Source of the DNA: a virus
Direction: 5' to 3' (one strand)
Virus record (IMG/VR): IMGVR_UViG_3300045988_174698
DNA: 64,000 nt
Under the pieces are notes generated by a model, which was given only the letters and a program-made list of their open reading frames with translations, had not been told where the DNA came from and searched no databases. A program made the translations under genes and the position numbers. Positions 41,358 to 50,597 of this stretch are shown piece by piece. The stretch's first letter is position 1. Each line of letters starts with the position of its first letter.

Positions 41358-41440
41358 TGCAGGTAGAGGGACTCGAACCCCCACTTCTTTCGAAATATCG
41401 TCCTAAGCGATACGTGGCTGCCTAATTTCACCATACCTGC
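41358..41440 (-). tRNA. tRNA-Leu (anticodon TAG), class II
   Basis: Acceptor GCAGGTA/TACCTGC. Anticodon stem TATCG/CGATA, loop CTTAGGA. 13-nt variable arm. T-arm GGGGG-TTCGAGT-CCCTC. Confidence 0.7.
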
Positions 41441-41523
41441 AAAATATAATAACTAAGTTGCAACGTATATTCTATTATTTCTTTTTGTTGTTGAATCGAA
41501 CTTTCATATTTTGTATTATATGT

Positions 41524-41727
41524 TTAAACGAGGCTAACTAAGCTCCCACAAATACCACAATATCTTAGATACCAACCACAGTAACTAGATTCATCATAAA
41601 TGTAAATACAATCACATTCACCTGTCTTAGCATACTTTTCTTTAGCAGCTTTGACTTCTTCCTCAGAAACTTCTATAAGTTTAGTTCCTACACCATCATT
41701 TACTTCTCTATACAATTGTTGTTTCAT
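41524..41727 (-). CDS. hypothetical Cys-rich protein
   Basis: 67-aa ORF. Confidence 0.25.
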   Translation of the reverse strand: MKQQLYREVNDGVGTKLIEVSEEEVKAAKEKYAKTGECDCIYIYDESSYCGWYLRYCGICGSLVSLV

Positions 41728-41924
41728 TATGAAATTCCTTTAATAAATATTTCTCCTATAGCATTAGGTTTATAGATAGGTTTAGCATTAGGCCATGTTC
41801 CTACAAATATTACACGAACTAAAACTCTCCAATCTGATTCCCATACAGATCCTCTTGATATTTCTTTTACCTTATTGTATATCTTAATACAATCTTCAGC
41901 TTCCTTCTTATGCTCAGTCTTCAA
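41727..41924 (-). CDS. hypothetical protein
   Basis: 65-aa ORF. Confidence 0.2.
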   Translation of the reverse strand: MKTEHKKEAEDCIKIYNKVKEISRGSVWESDWRVLVRVIFVGTWPNAKPIYKPNAIGEIFIKGIS

Positions 41925-42207
41925 CCGATTTTGAAGGACATCGTATAACTTGCTCGTAGATTAAATCTTTTTATGATATCTTCCCAGATAGTGAATGCAA
42001 TTATGACAATACATGATATCTACATGAGAACATGACAAACATGGATAGTCATACCTTATTTTTGAAAAATTTATCTTCATAATATTATTTAGCTAAAAAT
42101 TACTCACTCTAGCATTTTCTAACTAGTAATATAAGATAGCCTGTATGCCTACAGGAAGAGTACCTAACTAGTAGTCTCTTCCTTAGTTGATGTGTACACC
42201 ATCAGAG

Positions 42208-42426
42208 CTAAAGTTTTCTGCCGCACATTGGACAATATCTTATTTCCATTGAAAAAGACTCATCTTCTGATTCATAATCTAATGTAAATTCCCCGTTATC
42301 ATATTTACTAATTGTAAATTTCCGATAAATTCCTATATAATCGGTTTCACAAATAATATTTTCTATATATGATTTGTTTATTTCTTTTAAATCAGTATTC
42401 ACTATTTTATTACAATGTATACACAT
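42208..42426 (-). CDS. hypothetical zinc-ribbon protein
   Basis: 72-aa ORF with CxxC...CxxC (MCIHCNK...YCPMCGRKL). Confidence 0.25.
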   Translation of the reverse strand: MCIHCNKIVNTDLKEINKSYIENIICETDYIGIYRKFTISKYDNGEFTLDYESEDESFSMEIRYCPMCGRKL

Positions 42427-42464
42427 AATAATATAATATTACTTATTCTTCTATTAAATAATTG

Positions 42465-42550
42465 TACTCGGAGCGGGAATCGAACCCGCACGGCCATTAC
42501 TGGCCAAGGGATTTTAAGTCCCTCGTGTCTACCTATTCCACCATCCGAGC
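42465..42550 (-). tRNA. tRNA-Leu (anticodon TAA), class II
   Basis: Anticodon stem AGGGA/TCCCT, loop CTTAAAA. Variable arm with a GGCC/GGCC stem. T-arm GCGGG-TTCGATT-CCCGC. The acceptor has a G1-U72 pair. Confidence 0.65.
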
Positions 42551-42572
42551 AAATCAAATAAAATGATTAATG

Positions 42573-42646
42573 TGGACCCTACAGGGCTTGAACCTGTAAC
42601 CTACTGATTATGAGTCAGTTGCTCTAACCAACTGAGCTAAGGGTCC
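42573..42646 (-). tRNA. second tRNA with anticodon CAT (Met, fMet or Ile2)
   Basis: Acceptor GGACCCT/AGGGTCC. D-arm GCTC-AGTTGGTTAG-AGC. Anticodon stem ACTGA/TCAGT, loop CTCATAA. T-arm ACAGG-TTCAAGC-CCTGT. Confidence 0.7.
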
Positions 42647-42660
42647 GTAAAATAAATTTG

Positions 42661-42789
42661 TCTAATTGACAGGATTCGAACCTGCAGATGTTTTGATTAA
42701 CACCACATATTGTTTCAATACAGCCAAATTAGTTTTCATTTGACGAAGGGATATTAGTCCCTAGCGTATACCAATTCCGCCACAATTAA
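42661..42789 (-). ncRNA. atypical 129-nt tRNA-like RNA
   Basis: The ends pair as an acceptor stem (TTAATTG / CAATTAG, six Watson-Crick pairs plus one G-U). 3' T-arm GCAGG-TTCGAAT-CCTGT. 5' D-arm-like GCG...CGC. Anticodon-like hairpin AGGGA-CTAATA-TCCCT (6-nt loop, or 8-nt if the closing pair opens). These flank a roughly 60-nt insertion before the T-arm. Confidence 0.3.
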
Positions 42790-42925
42790 ACAAACTTATC
42801 TTTAACTTTAAAATGAAGGAGTGGGTGACTGTCACTCTAACAGTTACTAATACTAGTATAATGGCCTAGCAGCTCAGTGCCACAGTCTTCCGACACATTA
42901 GTAATGTATTTTTACTTCATCTTGC

Positions 42926-43028
42926 AGGTGTAACGGGATTCGAACCAGACATACGATTCCCTCAAGAGTTCTCTCTTAGCGTATCTCCGAAGTTGCCACC
43001 TCGGTGTTTTACCATTAAACTATACACC
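42926..43028 (-). ncRNA. atypical 103-nt tRNA-like element
   Basis: Acceptor GGTGTAT / TTACACC (6 bp). D-arm GTTT-AATGGTA-AAAC. Anticodon-like stem CCGAG/TTCGG with an 8-nt loop GTGGCAAC. A roughly 40-nt hairpin insertion (ATACG...AAGAG-AGAA-CTCTT...CGTAT) sits before a weak TTCGAAT T-arm. Confidence 0.25.
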
Positions 43029-43072
43029 TAAAACAAGTTGCAAATATAGCACTTAATTATTGAATATGCAAA

Positions 43073-43402
43073 TTATTTACAACTATGATAAACATGAAAA
43101 GGTCCACAATGAATTTTACCATTTACAGAAGTTTCTCTTCTATAAATAATTTGAAAAACATTTGGATGATCCTTTATATAGTCTTCGACTTGCTGAACTG
43201 AAGAGAATGTTGCCAATATTTCCCATTTGTTAGAAATCGCATAATATTTACAATCTTTAGCAAATTTCAACAAACTTTTAGTCACTTCTTTATCAAGAAA
43301 TGCTTTACACTCTTCAGCACTTTTACTTGACTGACACTGATCAAAATGAGGGCAATGATGACAATTATCTCGCCAATTTTCTTTCTTAGGAATCATAATC
43401 AA
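43073..43402 (-). CDS. hypothetical Cys/His-rich protein
   Basis: 109-aa ORF (NCHHCPHFDQC...HCGPFHVYHSC). Confidence 0.3.
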   Translation of the reverse strand: MIMIPKKENWRDNCHHCPHFDQCQSSKSAEECKAFLDKEVTKSLLKFAKDCKYYAISNKWEILATFSSVQQVEDYIKDHPNVFQIIYRRETSVNGKIHCGPFHVYHSCK

Positions 43403-43595
43403 GGATTTTTAACTCTACAGGTTCGTCTTCCCACTTTAATTCTCTTCCAATCAGCTTTTTAGCAGATCCTTTAGGTAAAGGAAGAGTCATACTATATGAA
43501 TACAAAGGAAGAAACCTTTCTAAAATTTCTGATCTAACTGGACGAAATTGAAAAATAGCTTCCATCCCATTCTTATCTACTGCTATCCATGGCAT
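43386..43595 (-). CDS. hypothetical protein
   Basis: 69-aa ORF. Confidence 0.2.
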   Translation of the reverse strand: MPWIAVDKNGMEAIFQFRPVRSEILERFLPLYSYSMTLPLPKGSAKKLIGRELKWEDEPVELKILDYDS

Positions 43596-43611
43596 ATCTT
43601 TATATTTTTAG

Positions 43612-43685
43612 TGATCCCAGAGAGGTTCGAACTCTCGACCCCTACATTAAAAGTGTAGTGCTCTAACCAACTGAGCTACGGGATC
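43612..43685 (-). tRNA. tRNA-Lys (anticodon TTT)
   Basis: D-arm GCTC-AGTTGGTTAG-AGC. Anticodon stem CTACA/TGTAG, loop CTTTTAA. T-arm GAGAG-TTCGAAC-CTCTC. The acceptor has one G-U pair. Confidence 0.7.
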
Positions 43686-43691
43686 TATTTT

Positions 43692-43925
43692 TTATAACTT
43701 TTCTTCTTTTAAAATTTTATTTGATGCTTTGTCGACTAGTTGAACAGAAGAATATTTCTTTGAAAAACTTTTAAATATTCCCAAACCATTATCTTCTCTA
43801 CACATACACACAGAAGATTCAAATTCTTTGTGCATCATATTTTTGAATTTAATAGGAAATACTAAATTGTATTGTTTTGTAACTCCTATAATTCTGATTT
43901 CATATCGTATATTATTATTTTTCAT
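43692..43925 (-). CDS. hypothetical protein
   Basis: 77-aa ORF. Confidence 0.2.
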   Translation of the reverse strand: MKNNNIRYEIRIIGVTKQYNLVFPIKFKNMMHKEFESSVCMCREDNGLGIFKSFSKKYSSVQLVDKASNKILKEEKL

Positions 43926-44306
43926 ACTTAAATTTGTGTTTTACACCTAAAACTTATTACCAGATTTTGACGCTATAAAATAGGTACTCATGCTGTGATA
44001 TAAGAAACTGGTGCCCTCAACATCTTGGGAAGTTATTGAGTTTTTTAAACCTATCCAGCATTTTCCAACTGGTAAAGATTTGGCCCATATGCCTATGGGA
44101 TTATACCACAACTCAATGCGGCAGTGAAAGGTTCAACATATCCTGTACTCTTTAATCTACAATACTTAACAACTGTGGAATCAGTTTTACAATGTCACAT
44201 ACTTATAGTCATTTCAACTCCTTCCTGTCCGTCCTTAGCAGAAGTACGTTACTTCTCCCCCATTATATAACATTGTATAAGTATCTTCGAAATAGGTAAT
44301 ATAGTG

Positions 44307-44549
44307 TTAGAGATCTACAAATTTCACGTAATAGGCTCTTAAATCTCTGTCTAAATATCGGTTATTTAATGTATCTTCAAAATCTTTTAAAGATTTAAAG
44401 ATATGAGCCGATTCTTTATCAGCAATTATAAGCTCTTTTGCAAATTCATATAATTCTTTGTCTGTTTTTGATTCAATTTCATCATAGAAATTATCTATAC
44501 TGAAAATTGAAATTAAAAGTACTTTCATAGGAAATATTAATCTGTCCAA
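44307..44549 (-). CDS. hypothetical protein
   Basis: 80-aa ORF. Confidence 0.25.
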   Translation of the reverse strand: MDRLIFPMKVLLISIFSIDNFYDEIESKTDKELYEFAKELIIADKESAHIFKSLKDFEDTLNNRYLDRDLRAYYVKFVDL

Positions 44550-45641
44550 TCAATACAGGCTACTGCAAATTCTTCAGAAAGTTGACACAACCAATCGTTG
44601 TACTCTTCATCTGTTGAATTTTTACGTTTATTTTCTGCAGCTTTTGTCATTACATCGCCGAATGTTTCTTCCATATTATATTAATGTTAGAATTCTAAAA
44701 GAAAATTTTTCTCTTGCCCACACAACTTATTCGACCTTTATATCTAACTATACAAAGGAACTAAATTACGAACACAACTGGTTTTCGTCTGTGGGTAAAT
44801 TTCGACCCTATTGAGAAAAATTCTTGACAATTCTGCCATTTGCCTTTGCTCCATGTTGACGTACATGAACTCACGCTATCCCGCAAAATCTTTATATTAC
44901 TATAAAGCTTTATCCTTAAAAGACCGCTAGGTAGATCGACGCCTAATAAGTATTCACCTTCCTTTGCTCACTTTCTTAAGGACGTTAGGTTCCTAATTAT
45001 ACTCTTAAAAGTGGAAGAGTTTATTTAAAAAAAGATAAACGAGCTTATTTAGTTCATAATGATAGTATACTTCCATTATTTATCAGAATCTAGTATAAAG
45101 GGTCTACTGATTCTATATTTTGCTCTAATTATGGTATACCCTTTACTTATACTATAATGTTCATATCTTTGTATATAAGAAATGTGTAGTCAAAAATAGA
45201 GGAGGTACTATACTTCACTCCTCTATCTTACGATTTCCAGTTTTCGGCTCTTATTTATACTCGTTTAAGCCTACTTACATTAGATAAAACTAATCATAGT
45301 AAATCCAGACATTAATTTCTGGTAATCGTCAGGCACGATTTCGAGTTTTAAAAACAAATATACCTACTATCATGATATTCCTCAGTTACATAATCCTATC
45401 ATGAGGTGCCTCCACGATAAGTGACTAACTAAAGAGAACTGAGAGTCTTTAAGTTAGTATTATTTCTCCTCCTCGGTATATTTGAAAATACACAACCATA
45501 CTTAGTGCTATGAGCTTCCCAAAAACTACTCGCGCGTTTTCATTTAAGAGATTCTAAACTAAGTGATCCTACTCTATGGTAGATTAATTATGGCTGCTAC
45601 TTAATAGCAGAATTTAACCCTTAGGTTTTATGTGTATCTTT

Positions 45642-45926
45642 TTAAAGTATTGTATATACTACAATGATACTGTATTCATTTTCTACTTCTATGAAGTATA
45701 ACTCTATTATTTCATCATCAAATTTAAATAGACAGTAGTCACCACTCTCTTCTGTTGGTATTCCCAAAAGGAGAGAGTAGATTTCCTTGAACCGTCGGAA
45801 AGACTCTTTCCCCAATTCTTTATCGGTATAAACACCAAAAGACCCGATAATACCACATATGTTAGAATTGCTCGAATTTGTATCATTATATAAAATGTTT
45901 ATGTATGCTGGAAATAATTTGTCCAC
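45642..45926 (-). CDS. hypothetical protein
   Basis: 94-aa ORF. Confidence 0.25.
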   Translation of the reverse strand: MDKLFPAYINILYNDTNSSNSNICGIIGSFGVYTDKELGKESFRRFKEIYSLLLGIPTEESGDYCLFKFDDEIIELYFIEVENEYSIIVVYTIL

Positions 45927-46361
45927 TCTCTTCTGTTGGTATAAATCAATAAAATCTTATCAAACGCTTACTCAAACTTTAAATTATTAATTTATAAATT
46001 ATTAATTAAAGAGTAACTCGCTGAGTGTGAGAAGTTTATTGATTATAATATGTGAAAATTGTTTCTGAATTTTTTAAAAAATAAAAGAATAGAGTGTGGT
46101 TTAGAGATTGATAATCAAGCACTTAGCATCATTTATAAAAATATTTAATAATATATATTAAAAATATTTATAAATAATATTAAAAAAGAGACTGCCTCTG
46201 CTCAGTCTCTATCAATCACAGACAAAGGCACTTAATGTGCAGAGGGAGGGCTCTGCTTCACAGCAGTGCAAATTCAATTATTAACTATTAACCCTTGTTA
46301 ATTCTGTTTCAGAACAGTATTTAGTGTTTGTAGGGAAGTTTATTTTCCTACAAACAGAGTA

Positions 46362-46529
46362 GTTATTCAAGGAATGATGCTCCAGCAGCGATAGCATAAG
46401 ATATTACAGTACTTACTACAGGTGAATATCCTAATACTTCTGCACCACCGAATGCAAAAGCAGCGAGGAGAGTACCCCAGAAGATAGTACTAAATAGTCT
46501 TTCAGAAAAAGAACCTTTATTTTCCATTT
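46362..46529 (-). CDS. small membrane protein (55 aa)
   Basis: MENKGSFSERLFSTIFWGTLLAAFAFGGAEVLGYSPVVSTVISYAIAAGASFLE. Below the track's cut-off. Confidence 0.2.
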
Positions 46530-46713
46530 AGTTGAATAACTTTTTGGATATAGAATTCGTTGTTTTTAGTTGCTTTGATTACGTAGAAAGCGAGTTTATT
46601 GTGTATTCAGCCTCTTCAGTTGTATACTACATAATCGCCGCAATTGGTAGTTAAGATGTTAAAAGGGAGTTTTCACTCCCCTTTAACAGTTAACTGGCCG
46701 TTACGAGCAGGTT

Positions 46714-47196
46714 TTAGGCTTTCCATACGAGGTTAGCCGTTTCCTTCTCGGTGGTGGTATCGAGAGGCAGCCCGTTGTCGAAGTCCCGTTGCTTGAACTT
46801 GACGGTTCCCTGAGCTACGATCGTCTTACCGAGGCAAGCTTCGAGGCGATCATAGTCGGTTTCGAGATTGCAGAGGTCAGCAGATACAGGATGAACGGGC
46901 TGCATATCTGCGTCACGACGGCGGAGGTTTGCCAACGAGAAGTTAGCCAGCTTGCCGTTCTTGAGGCCCATGACGAGCACTTCGACGTTCTTGGAGTCTT
47001 TCCGCACCTGACGGGTAGTGATTACGGCGTCTTCAAGAGTGTCAGGGAATTCAAAGACATCGCCATTGGAAAGGCCATAGCTGACGAGGCCGATACCAGT
47101 GCTCTTCAGAAAGTCTACTGCGACCTGCTTTACTTCGAGGCCGTTTCGAGTAGGAATAATAGGAAACTCTTCCTTCTTGAATTGATTAATCTTCAT
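46714..47196 (-). CDS. hypothetical protein encoded by a compositionally foreign, GC-rich (about 50%) gene
   Basis: 160-aa ORF with GC-rich codon usage (GGC, CTG, GAC, GCC, CGG) unlike any other gene in the window. It uses TGG for Trp and has no in-frame TGA. The plus-strand ORF 46789..47211 is its antisense. Confidence 0.5.
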   Translation of the reverse strand: MKINQFKKEEFPIIPTRNGLEVKQVAVDFLKSTGIGLVSYGLSNGDVFEFPDTLEDAVITTRQVRKDSKNVEVLVMGLKNGKLANFSLANLRRRDADMQPVHPVSADLCNLETDYDRLEACLGKTIVAQGTVKFKQRDFDNGLPLDTTTEKETANLVWKA

Positions 47197-47417
47197 AGTA
47201 TAAATATTTAATTAATTGTTATAAATCTCGACATTTGTTGTCGTAATAATTTGTTGGAAGCTTTTGTTTATGTTCTTCCTAGTTATTAGTTGGAAGCTTT
47301 GGTAAATGTTAGTTGTTTTGGTTTACATTGATTTCAAATAAAAACAGTTTGAGGGCAGTTCGAAGAACTGGGCTATTAAGTATAGTTCTTTAAGTATAGG
47401 TATTAAGTATAGTTAGG

Positions 47418-47500
47418 GTTTAAAAATGCAATTGATCGGTTTAAAAATACAACACCTTATAGTTTAAAAATACAATTGATTAGTTTAAAAATACAATCGT
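47418..47500. repeat. four tandem 21-23-bp direct repeats (GGTTTAAAAATACAAT core), upstream of initiator-like gene 1
   Basis: Copies start at about 47418, 47439, 47462 and 47483 (gggtttaaaaatgcaattgat / cggtttaaaaatacaacacc / agtttaaaaatacaattgat / tagtttaaaaatacaatcgt). They end about 100 bp before the ATG at 47597. Confidence 0.6.
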
Positions 47501-47596
47501 TATTAAATTTTATGGTAAAAAATTACCAATTATTTGCACAATTAAAGTTAATTATGTATCTTTGTGTTTAGATAATTAATTTAATATAAGAATAAG

Positions 47597-48358
47597 ATGA
47601 ATCAGTATGTAATATTACCGAAAAAAGAGAATGGGGAGCTACTCCAAAAGTATGAGATTCTAATATATGTGTGTATACGTAGGTATATGAATAAGGATAC
47701 TATGGAGGCATTTCCATCCTTAGATAGAATTGCTAAGGATTCTGGGTGTAGTAAGCCCACCGTTATAAAAACACTAAAAGAGATTAGAAGAAAAGGCTAT
47801 ATTACCTGGAAGTCTTGTGGTAGAGCTACGGTGTATACTTTTAATAATGAGAAATCTTTTGAGCCGTTCAGTTATGAGTTTTTAGATAAGAAAGACTTAT
47901 CTAAATCTGAGAAGCTTCAGATACTCTGTACCCAGCAATATATGTATAAAGATAATGGTATCGGAAAGATGTCATTTTCAGATAGAGAGTTATGTGAAAT
48001 GACAGGTCTTAATTGGAGAACTCTTAATAAAAACACACAGTCATTAATACAAAAAAATTATGTAAATCAAGTTTCTCTTCAGATTCGTGATAAAGAATCA
48101 GGTTGTTTTAAAAAAGAAACTATTTATAATCTTAATGATCTGGGTCAGGCTATTGTATTTGCATTTCAAAATCATGAAAATAGAATACAACGAAATGAGG
48201 ATTCTATTGAAGAATTAAGAAATCAGGTTCAAAAACTTGAAGAGAGAGATCAGAAGAGATCAAAGGATGTTGAGTTGTTATTAAGTGAAGTAAGAAGACT
48301 TCAGAAGGAGAACAGTCAACTTAAGAACGGAGAAATTCCAGAAGTATTTGAGATGTAA
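47597..48358 (+). CDS. winged-helix DNA-binding initiator-like protein, paralog 1
   Basis: 253 aa. N-terminal wHTH-like region (FPSLDRIAKDSGCSKPTVIKTLKEIRRKGYI). Conserved block FEPFSYEFLDKKDL...QQYMYKDNGIGKMSFSDRELCEMTGLNWRTL shared with 50906..51688. C-terminal coiled coil. Confidence 0.5.
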   Translation: MNQYVILPKKENGELLQKYEILIYVCIRRYMNKDTMEAFPSLDRIAKDSGCSKPTVIKTLKEIRRKGYITWKSCGRATVYTFNNEKSFEPFSYEFLDKKDLSKSEKLQILCTQQYMYKDNGIGKMSFSDRELCEMTGLNWRTLNKNTQSLIQKNYVNQVSLQIRDKESGCFKKETIYNLNDLGQAIVFAFQNHENRIQRNEDSIEELRNQVQKLEERDQKRSKDVELLLSEVRRLQKENSQLKNGEIPEVFEM

Positions 48359-48379
48359 ATAAAAGGAGTAGCCACAAAC

Positions 48380-48535
48380 TACTCCTTTACTTGTTCCATA
48401 TCTATTCCTGTTTCTTCTTTGATGTAGTTGGTTAGTACATAAACAGGAATATTAGTGAATTGGATAGATCTCTGAGTATTCTCAAGAGCTTCCATCAGAT
48501 GTTCGATCTTCTTGTTGAGTTCTTCTCGTGTCATA
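48380..48535 (-). CDS. small hypothetical protein (51 aa)
   Basis: MTREELNKKIEHLMEALENTQRSIQFTNIPVYVLTNYIKEETGIDMEQVKE. GC-richer codon usage. Confidence 0.2.
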
Positions 48536-48560
48536 GCAGATAATAATAAGAAGGGAGATA

Positions 48561-48893
48561 TTACTCTCCCTTCATTTGTTTGATAGCTTCTCTGACGATA
48601 TCTGTGATAATATCATCTTCCTTCAGAGATTTGCACTTCTTCCTAGGATAAACAACTCTGTGTCGTCTAACCTCTACTTGCATGTGAATCTCTGTAACCG
48701 TTTCGACCTCTACAAGGAGACCATTAACAACGATATACACCATACTCGAAGAAATTTTCAAGGGCTCTGGAAACTCCACAGCCCAGATTTTGGGTACTAG
48801 AGATAGATGATTGAAAATGATATTCATTTTCCTCAAACTTAGGAACGTTACGTTTCTCTCGTAATTCCTTGAATGCTTGAGAGTTGGTAACAC
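48561..48893 (-). CDS. hypothetical protein (overlaps 48724..48999 in another frame)
   Basis: 110-aa ORF ending at a TAA. Confidence 0.25.
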   Translation of the reverse strand: MLPTLKHSRNYERNVTFLSLRKMNIIFNHLSLVPKIWAVEFPEPLKISSSMVYIVVNGLLVEVETVTEIHMQVEVRRHRVVYPRKKCKSLKEDDIITDIVREAIKQMKGE

Positions 48894-48999
48894 GACTTAC
48901 AAGAATAGGATCTTTCTCTTCTAAGAAAGCTTGTAATGCAAGAGCAGTCATATAGCAGAATTTTAAATTTAAATAAACTACTGTATCTTTGGTATCCAT
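48724..48999 (-). CDS. hypothetical protein (overlaps 48561..48893)
   Basis: 91-aa ORF ending at a TAA. At most one of the two overlapping frames is likely real, unless there is a frameshift. Confidence 0.2.
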   Translation of the reverse strand: MDTKDTVVYLNLKFCYMTALALQAFLEEKDPILVSRVTNSQAFKELREKRNVPKFEENEYHFQSSISSTQNLGCGVSRALENFFEYGVYRC

Positions 49000-49157
49000 A
49001 TGGGAGTAAAACTACTCCCCATCAATATATCTGACAATCCTTCCAAGATACAAATAATTGTACACTATAAAAGGAATCCAGCATATAATTAATGGCAAGT
49101 AGTCCACCCCAACAACAAGAAACAAGATCACAAAGATCTCACCAACGATGAGCTTTT

Positions 49158-49367
49158 TCATTGCATAATCTTAAATGAATAGATAGTTCCTTTGAAGATA
49201 TGTTCTTGCTCATCAGTTTTAAATCCGATAAGGTTCTCCGTATCATAAATAGGAGAAATCTTACGAGTGTCTTTAATGGACACTGTAATTCTTTTACCCT
49301 CTACTAATAAATAAACACGAAGAGTCATAACATTACCAGTCTGTGCTGTTTCTACGAACCCAAGCAC
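49158..49367 (-). CDS. hypothetical protein
   Basis: 69-aa ORF. Confidence 0.2.
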   Translation of the reverse strand: MLGFVETAQTGNVMTLRVYLLVEGKRITVSIKDTRKISPIYDTENLIGFKTDEQEHIFKGTIYSFKIMQ

Positions 49368-49500
49368 CAGTGATAGTGCTGATCTTTGCTATAGCAATAA
49401 CTGCTACGATAAGAATAATAACTTCCATAATAGTATAGAGTTAAAGTTAAACTTAACAACCTTTTGTAAGTTTTAGTTACCTATAAAAAGAGATAGAGGA

Positions 49501-49944
49501 TTACTCCTCTATCTCAATGAGGCTATACTCTTCACTAACCCTCTTATAACCAGAAGATTTCTTGAGTATAACCATATCCCAACCCTGTTTCTTAAGGGCT
49601 AGTAATGCTAACTCGAAGGAAGGCAGACGTTGTACCTTCTTTTCAACCTTAACTCTGCTCTTAACGTCTTTCGTGTAAGTACGATATACTTCGGTTAGCA
49701 ATGCAGGGTTAGGTGCACATTTTGACGTATTCCAGTAGCACTTCTGCTGAGCACGTTCTCCTTCAATAATAATCTGTTGCATTTCTGCAAGAATATTACG
49801 AACTTTCATGAGAACGTTGGCAGATGTGTTGCAATCTGCAGCAAGTTTATTGACATTTTTCTGGTCAATTTTAGCCTTGCTATAGTTACGGTAGATACCG
49901 TCAATGATAATGCCAATCTCAGGCATTGTGTAAATCTTAGCCAT
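49501..49944 (-). CDS. hypothetical protein
   Basis: 147-aa ORF, GC about 40%. Confidence 0.3.
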   Translation of the reverse strand: MAKIYTMPEIGIIIDGIYRNYSKAKIDQKNVNKLAADCNTSANVLMKVRNILAEMQQIIIEGERAQQKCYWNTSKCAPNPALLTEVYRTYTKDVKSRVKVEKKVQRLPSFELALLALKKQGWDMVILKKSSGYKRVSEEYSLIEIEE

Positions 49945-50576
49945 GGATATATGAGTTAAGGTAAATAGATTGCAAAAAAAAACAACAGCCTAACTTATAA
50001 ACCATCTACGCATCGGTAGGCCACACTGGTATAGTACTGTTGTTAAATTAAAGATCCTATTTTTGAAACCAAGAATCAACGTAACTGTCCAATTGCTCTT
50101 CAGCAATATCTTCTTGATAACATATCTCATTCAGCTCCTCAGGAGTATAGTCAGTAATATCAAGGTTAATCATGACTCCACGTTTTTTGAAATTATCCTA
50201 CAGATATGTTTAAAGCTTTGATTACTAGAGAATAAAGTTATCCCTACTTAGTAGGGATAATTGTAAGTGCTCCAGTAATCAGCAGCATGGTAGCTGCATA
50301 TGAAAATGCTTCGTGATGAGAAACTGAGTAGAACAGTAAACCAATAGCTATTATGGCAGCAACAGCTATTAGAACATTAACGGTTCGTTTCATAGTAAAC
50401 AGTGTTAAGGTTATGAAAAGGTTATATGCTTTGGTAAATTTAATTCAATTTTTTATGGGAATTTTTGTCTTAAAATAAATCGTTTTCCCATTGGTGGTGG
50501 GAGGGGGCTAAAATACTATGTAACCGTATTTGTGCATTATATACCCACATTTTATTTAGAGAATTGAAAATTTTTA

Positions 50577-50597
50577 GGAACCTATGAATTAGGTTCC
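50577..50597. other. perfect hairpin next to G-rich patches
   Basis: GGAACCTA-tgaat-TAGGTTCC. Two G-runs (GGTGGTGGGAGGGGGC at about 50492-50507 and GGAGGGGGGGGC at about 50610-50621) are unusual in this AT-rich sequence. Confidence 0.3.

Noticed and set aside
42661-42789. Suppressor tRNA with TCA anticodon inside the 129-nt tRNA-like element (the sequence TTAATCAAAAC)
   Set aside because: The TCA triplet cannot be placed at positions 34-36 of a 7-nt loop with U33 and a closed 5-bp stem. No fold supports it, so the element is reported only as an atypical tRNA-like RNA.
46789-47211. Plus-strand 140-aa ORF
   Set aside because: Antisense of the GC-rich gene 46714..47196. High-GC DNA gives long spurious antisense ORFs. 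The minus-strand frame has a proper ATG and stop and coherent codon usage.
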